This document shows positions 56,838 to 64,000 of a DNA stretch of 64,000 nt, piece by piece. The stretch lies in the NCBI GenBank assembly GCA_036268295.1, contig DATAUK010000005.1, positions 45,624-109,623 of the forward strand. The letters are read 5' to 3'. Under the pieces are notes generated by a model. It worked only from the letters and a program-made list of their open reading frames with translations, made no database searches and had not been told where the DNA came from. Both the position numbers and the translations under genes were made by a program. Numbering within the stretch: position 1 is the stretch's first letter; every line of letters begins with the position of its first letter. Origin of the DNA: Mycobacteriales bacterium. GTDB taxonomy: Bacteria > Actinomycetota > Actinomycetes > JAFAQI01.

Positions 56838-57444
56838 CGCACAGGACGACGCCAGTCGCCTCGATCTTGCTGAAGGTGACCCAGCTGCCGTGCTGGTGGG
56901 CGACGTGCCCTACGCCGTGCTCGTTCACGCCTGCGCAGCTGGTCGAGCTGAACGTCCCGTGGAACCGGGTGAAGCCGTCGAACTCGATGTAGTGGCGGGT
57001 GCTCGCGGTGTTGTTGCGGACCGAGTCGGTGCCGTGGGACGTCTCGGTGCGCGGGGTGCGGTGACCGCCGGCCGCCACCGGCTCGCCGTAGCGATGTGCC
57101 ACCCGGTGCCAGATCCAGCCGGCGCTGACACGCGCGCCGTGGGTGGTGCGGGCAGCGGCGATGACCGGTGCGGTGGCTGGCGCCGACCAGGTGATGTGAC
57201 GCTTGGCGGCGTGAGCCTTGACGGTCAGGTGGCGGAAGAACGTGATCCGCGGCCCGCGGCTGCGCTCCGGCAGCGAGCGAGCCGGGGAGTAGCCAGCAGC
57301 CATGCAGCGCGTGACCGCCGCGGCAGGTGCAGCGGCGGTCGCCACGCCGATTGGCGTCGCGAGGACCAACGCGGCGCACAGCGTGAGGCAGGGAATCCGC
57401 AGACGGGACACGACAGGTTCCTTCCAATCGACGGACGCCGACAT
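56782..57444 (-). CDS. secreted His/Cys-rich hypothetical protein (signal peptide)
   Basis: N-terminal signal peptide (LTLCAALVLATPIGVATAAAP). Mature region has several HxH/HG motifs and two Cys. No family recognised by eye. Confidence 0.5.
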   Translation of the reverse strand: MSASVDWKEPVVSRLRIPCLTLCAALVLATPIGVATAAAPAAAVTRCMAAGYSPARSLPERSRGPRITFFRHLTVKAHAAKRHITWSAPATAPVIAAARTTHGARVSAGWIWHRVAHRYGEPVAAGGHRTPRTETSHGTDSVRNNTASTRHYIEFDGFTRFHGTFSSTSCAGVNEHGVGHVAHQHGSWVTFSKIEATGVVLCGAGTANNAITKAALSHCP

Positions 57445-57553
57445 TAGCCCGACTTGTGCAGTTCAGCCAGATAGGCCGCGATGCCCACCGGCACCCCGGC
57501 TAGACTTACGAGCGGCAACGAGTCAGCGGTAGTGGGTCAGAGTCAGCCGCGTT

Positions 57554-57613
57554 TTGACCGCGTGGTTCGCGCTCGGCTAAGGTGTTCGATTGTGCCTGGG
57601 ACCATTCAGGCAC
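57554..57613 (+). promoter_or_regulatory. candidate rpsL promoter (TTGACC, 18-nt spacer, TAAGGT) followed by a 7-bp-stem hairpin in the 5' UTR
   Basis: Hexamers at 57554-57559 and 57578-57583. Hairpin gtgcctg...caggcac at 57590-57613. About 250 nt upstream of rpsL. Confidence 0.35.
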
Positions 57614-57856
57614 TGTTGTAGTGCGTAAGACCCCGACACGCTCGTGACCAGCACTTCGCTCGGCAGATAGCACCGGCCGGGCTGATGCAAAGTGCGGGGC
57701 CGGGTGTCGGAACTTCCGAGCAGACCCATCGGCGCTGTAAGGCGCGGGCGGAGCGCGGAAACCGCGACACACCCGACCGCGTGGGTCGGAAATGAACGGC
57801 AAAACCGAACGAACGCGACATCGACAGCACCATCACTGACACGAGGAGTACGGCGA

Positions 57857-58228
57857 GTGCCTACGATCTCTCAGCTGGTCCGCAAGGGTCGGCAGGACAA
57901 GATCGCCAAGACGAAGACGCCGGCGCTTAAGGGCAGCCCGCAGCGTCGTGGCGTGTGCACGCGTGTCTACACAACGACACCGAAGAAGCCGAACTCCGCG
58001 CTGCGCAAGGTTGCGCGGGTCCGGCTGACCACGGGCGTCGAGGTGACGGCGTACATCCCCGGTGTCGGTCACAACTTGCAGGAGCACTCGATCGTGCTTG
58101 TCCGCGGTGGCCGGGTGAAGGACCTGCCCGGTGTCCGCTACAAGATCATCCGCGGCTCGCTCGACACCCAGGGCGTGCGTGGCCGCAAGCAGGCTCGCAG
58201 CCGCTACGGCGCAAAGCGCGAAAAGTGA
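57857..58228 (+). CDS. rpsL: 30S ribosomal protein S12
   Basis: GTG start, [13 protein letters not shown]...[11 protein letters not shown]. Full S12. Confidence 0.95.
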   Translation: MPTISQLVRKGRQDKIAKTKTPALKGSPQRRGVCTRVYTTTPKKPNSALRKVARVRLTTGVEVTAYIPGVGHNLQEHSIVLVRGGRVKDLPGVRYKIIRGSLDTQGVRGRKQARSRYGAKREK

Positions 58229-58260
58229 GCGCTCAGATGACAGAGAAAGAGAAGTAGCAG

Positions 58261-58731
58261 ATGCCGCGTAAAGGCCCAGCGGCCAAGCACCCGGTCATCA
58301 CCGACCCGGTCTACGGCTCGCCCATCGTCACCTCGCTGGTCAACAAGATCCTGACCGGCGGGAAGCGCTCGCTCGCGCAGCGCATCGTCTACGGCGCGCT
58401 CGAGGGTTGCCGCGAGAAGACCGGCACCGACCCGGTCGTGACGCTCAAGCGGGCGCTCGACAACGTCAAGCCGGCGCTGGAGGTCAAGAGCCGCCGAGTC
58501 GGTGGCGCGACCTACCAGGTGCCGGTCGAGGTCCGTCCGGGCCGCAGCACGACGCTCGCGCTGCGCTGGCTGGTCATGTACTCCCGGCAGCGGCGGGAGA
58601 AGACGATGACCGAGCGCCTCACCAACGAGCTGCTCGACGCCAGCAACGGCCTCGGTGCCGCTGTGAAGCGCCGCGAAGACACCCACAAGATGGCCGAGTC
58701 CAACAAGGCCTTCGCCCACTACCGCTGGTAA
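58261..58731 (+). CDS. rpsG: 30S ribosomal protein S7
   Basis: S7 family throughout (MPRKGPA...). Confidence 0.97.
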   Translation: MPRKGPAAKHPVITDPVYGSPIVTSLVNKILTGGKRSLAQRIVYGALEGCREKTGTDPVVTLKRALDNVKPALEVKSRRVGGATYQVPVEVRPGRSTTLALRWLVMYSRQRREKTMTERLTNELLDASNGLGAAVKRREDTHKMAESNKAFAHYRW

Positions 58732-58776
58732 GCGGCAGACCCACTCACCAACGACGCTGAGAGAGAGATTCCAGAA

Positions 58777-60888
<2,112 letters not shown>

Positions 60889-60963
60889 CACCAGAAACTT
60901 CCAGGGCGCCACCAATCGGCGTGCTGGGCGGACACAGATCGAGCAGTCCTAGGGAGGACAGCA

Positions 60964-62157
<1,194 letters not shown>

Positions 62158-62167
62158 TGGCGACGCT

Positions 62168-62200
62168 GCGGCGGCTGGACCACTCCAGCCGCCGCGGTTT
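62168..62200 (+). terminator. rho-independent terminator after tuf
   Basis: 11-bp stem gcggcggctgg / ccagccgccgc, loop accact, then ggtttcg. Confidence 0.55.
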
Positions 62201-62260
62201 CGCGAGTACCCCAGCAACGAATGACGCAGCAGTACTAACGAACTGAAGGTGACGGTAGCG

Positions 62261-62569
62261 ATGGCGGGACAGAAGATCCGCATCCGGCTCAAGGCCTACG
62301 ACCACGAGATCATCGACTCCTCGGCGCGCAAGATCGTCGAGACGGTGACTCGTACCGGTGCGCAGGTCGCGGGTCCGGTGCCGCTGCCCACTGAGAAGAA
62401 CGTCTACTGCGTGATTCGGTCGCCGCACAAGTACAAGGACTCTCGCGAGCACTTCGAGATGCGCACGCACAAGCGGCTCATCGACATCCTGGACCCGACG
62501 CCGAAGACGGTCGACTCGCTGATGCGACTCGACCTGCCAGCCGGCGTCGACATCGAGATCAAGCTGTGA
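62261..62569 (+). CDS. rpsJ: 30S ribosomal protein S10
   Basis: [16 protein letters not shown]. Start set at the conserved Met rather than the track's upstream Met. Confidence 0.95.
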   Translation: MAGQKIRIRLKAYDHEIIDSSARKIVETVTRTGAQVAGPVPLPTEKNVYCVIRSPHKYKDSREHFEMRTHKRLIDILDPTPKTVDSLMRLDLPAGVDIEIKL

Positions 62570-62656
62570 CGACTCCCAGCCGCCGTTCGCACCCAGCGGC
62601 TCCTGCGGCCTTGCCAGCCGACGGCTGGAAGCCGTCATACCGAGAGACACCGAATC

Positions 62657-63325
62657 ATGACTAACAAGGAACGCAAGGGAATCTTGGGCGAGAAGCTCGG
62701 GATGACCCAGGTCTGGGACGAGGCGAACCGTCTTGTGCCAGTAACGGTCGTCAAGGCCGGACCCTGTGTTGTCACCCTGGTCCGCACCCCGGACAAGGAC
62801 GGGTACGACGCGGTCCAGCTCGGCTTTGGCGCGATCGACCCCCGCAAGGTCAACAAGCCGCTGACCGGCCACTTCGGCAAGGCGGGGGTGCCGCCACGGC
62901 GTCACCTCGTCGAGATCCGCACCGCCGACGCCTCGACCTACACCCTCGGACAGGAGGTGACCGCCGACGCATTCGAGGCGGGCGCCCTGGTCGACGTCGT
63001 CGCGACGAGCAAGGGCAAGGGCTTTGCCGGTGTCATGAAGCGCCACGGCTTCAAGGGCCTGGGCGCCGGTCACGGCGTACAGCGCAAGCACCGCTCGCCT
63101 GGTTCGATCGGCGGCTGCGCGACTCCGGGCCGGGTCTTCAAAGGCATGAAGATGGCCGGCCGGATGGGCAATACCCGCACCACGACGCTGAACCTCAAGG
63201 TCCACTCGGTCGACGCGGAGCAGGGCGTGCTGCTGATCAAGGGCGCGATCCCTGGTCCGACCGGCGCGCTGGTCCTGGTCCGCAGTGCCGCCAAGGTTTC
63301 GGTTTCAAGCGGAGGTGGCAGCTGA
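62657..63325 (+). CDS. rplC: 50S ribosomal protein L3
   Basis: L3 family throughout. Confidence 0.97.
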   Translation: MTNKERKGILGEKLGMTQVWDEANRLVPVTVVKAGPCVVTLVRTPDKDGYDAVQLGFGAIDPRKVNKPLTGHFGKAGVPPRRHLVEIRTADASTYTLGQEVTADAFEAGALVDVVATSKGKGFAGVMKRHGFKGLGAGHGVQRKHRSPGSIGGCATPGRVFKGMKMAGRMGNTRTTTLNLKVHSVDAEQGVLLIKGAIPGPTGALVLVRSAAKVSVSSGGGS

Positions 63326-64000
63326 TGAGCACCGTCAACGTCCAGTCGCCCTCAGGTGACGTGGCGGGCACCGTGGAGCTGCCGTCCGCGTTGTTCGACG
63401 TCGAGGTCAACATCCCGCTGGTTCACCAGGTCGTCGTGGCCCAGCTCGCTGCGGCGCGCCAGGGCACTCACGACACCAAGAGCCGCGGCGAGGTCCGCGG
63501 CGGTGGCCGTAAACCCTACCGCCAGAAGGGGACCGGTCGCGCCCGGCAGGGCTCGACCCGGGCACCGCAGTTCGTCGGCGGTGGCGTCGTGCACGGCCCG
63601 ACACCGCGTTCCTACGCGCAGCGCACCCCCAAGAAGATGAAGGCGGCCGCGCTTCGCTCGGCTCTGTCCGATCGCGCGCGCGGCGGCAAGCTGCACGTGG
63701 TCTCGGCGCTGTTCGAGGGCGAGGCGCCGTCGACCAAGGCCGCTGCTGCGACGTTGGCGTCGATCGCCTCGAGCCGCCACGTGCTCGTGGTCCTCGAGCG
63801 TTCCGACGTACTGAACTGGAAGAGCCTGCGCAACGTCGAGACCGTCCACGTGATCGCCCCCGACCAGCTCAACACTTACGACGTGCTGGTCTGCGACGAC
63901 GTGGTGTTCACCGAGGGTTCGCTCGCGGCATTCGTCGCCGGCGGCCAGCCGCCGTCGCACGCCGAGATCGAGGCTGCTGTCGAGGCTCGGGCAGCGGAGT
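63325..64000 (+). CDS. rplD: 50S ribosomal protein L4 (3'-partial, runs off window)
   Basis: ATG at 63325 overlaps the rplC stop. The reading frame was translated by hand to [77 protein letters not shown]... and contains no stop before the window end. This frame is not listed in the track. Confidence 0.92.
   Translation, partial: MSTVNVQSPSGDVAGTVELPSALFDVEVNIPLVHQVVVAQLAAARQGTHDTKSRGEVRGGGRKPYRQKGTGRARQGSTRAPQFVGGGVVHGPTPRSYAQRTPKKMKAAALRSALSDRARGGKLHVVSALFEGEAPSTKAAAATLASIASSRHVLVVLERSDVLNWKSLRNVETVHVIAPDQLNTYDVLVCDDVVFTEGSLAAFVAGGQPPSHAEIEAAVEARAAE

Overview
High-GC (~70%) actinobacterial chromosome segment. Gene content and synteny resemble Corynebacteriales/Propionibacteriales, but the organism cannot be named from sequence alone. 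The window has three parts. (1) 1-17.9 kb: the 3' end of a geranylgeranyl-reductase-like flavoprotein gene, a complete 14-gene NADH:quinone oxidoreductase operon nuoA-N with overlapping stop/start codons, and a polyprenyl diphosphate synthase gene 33 bp after nuoN. (2) 17.9-31.9 kb: an accessory-like stretch. It holds an acyl-CoA dehydrogenase, an AtuA-like protein, NUDIX and nucleotidyltransferase genes, CorA, YajQ, a tRNA-Tyr/tRNA-Thr/tRNA-Met set interrupted by an ECF sigma factor gene coupled to a PASTA-domain membrane protein gene, rpmG, and a decayed adenylyl-cyclase gene. It also holds a lone HadB-like dehydratase gene, an MFS transporter remnant, a patatin gene, a divergent AurF-like diiron oxygenase/MerR pair, an aspartate aminotransferase gene and tRNA-Trp. 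(3) 31.9-64 kb: the conserved secE-nusG-rplK-rplA-rplJ-rplL / rpoB-rpoC / rpsL-rpsG-fusA-tuf / rpsJ-rplC-rplD cluster. A complete mkl-yrbEAB-mceABCDEF-mas lipid-uptake operon is wedged between rplL and rpoB. Three small genes (DUF4190, Mug glycosylase, secreted His-rich protein) sit between rpoC and rpsL. No CRISPR array, IS element or prophage gene was recognised. The most interesting candidates are the ECF-sigma/PASTA pair within the tRNA cluster and the unusual repeat or low-complexity extensions on NuoC, L10, NusG and Mkl. The long antisense ORFs in the track are typical high-GC artefacts and are rejected. All calls rest on reading the translations and DNA by eye; no searches were run.
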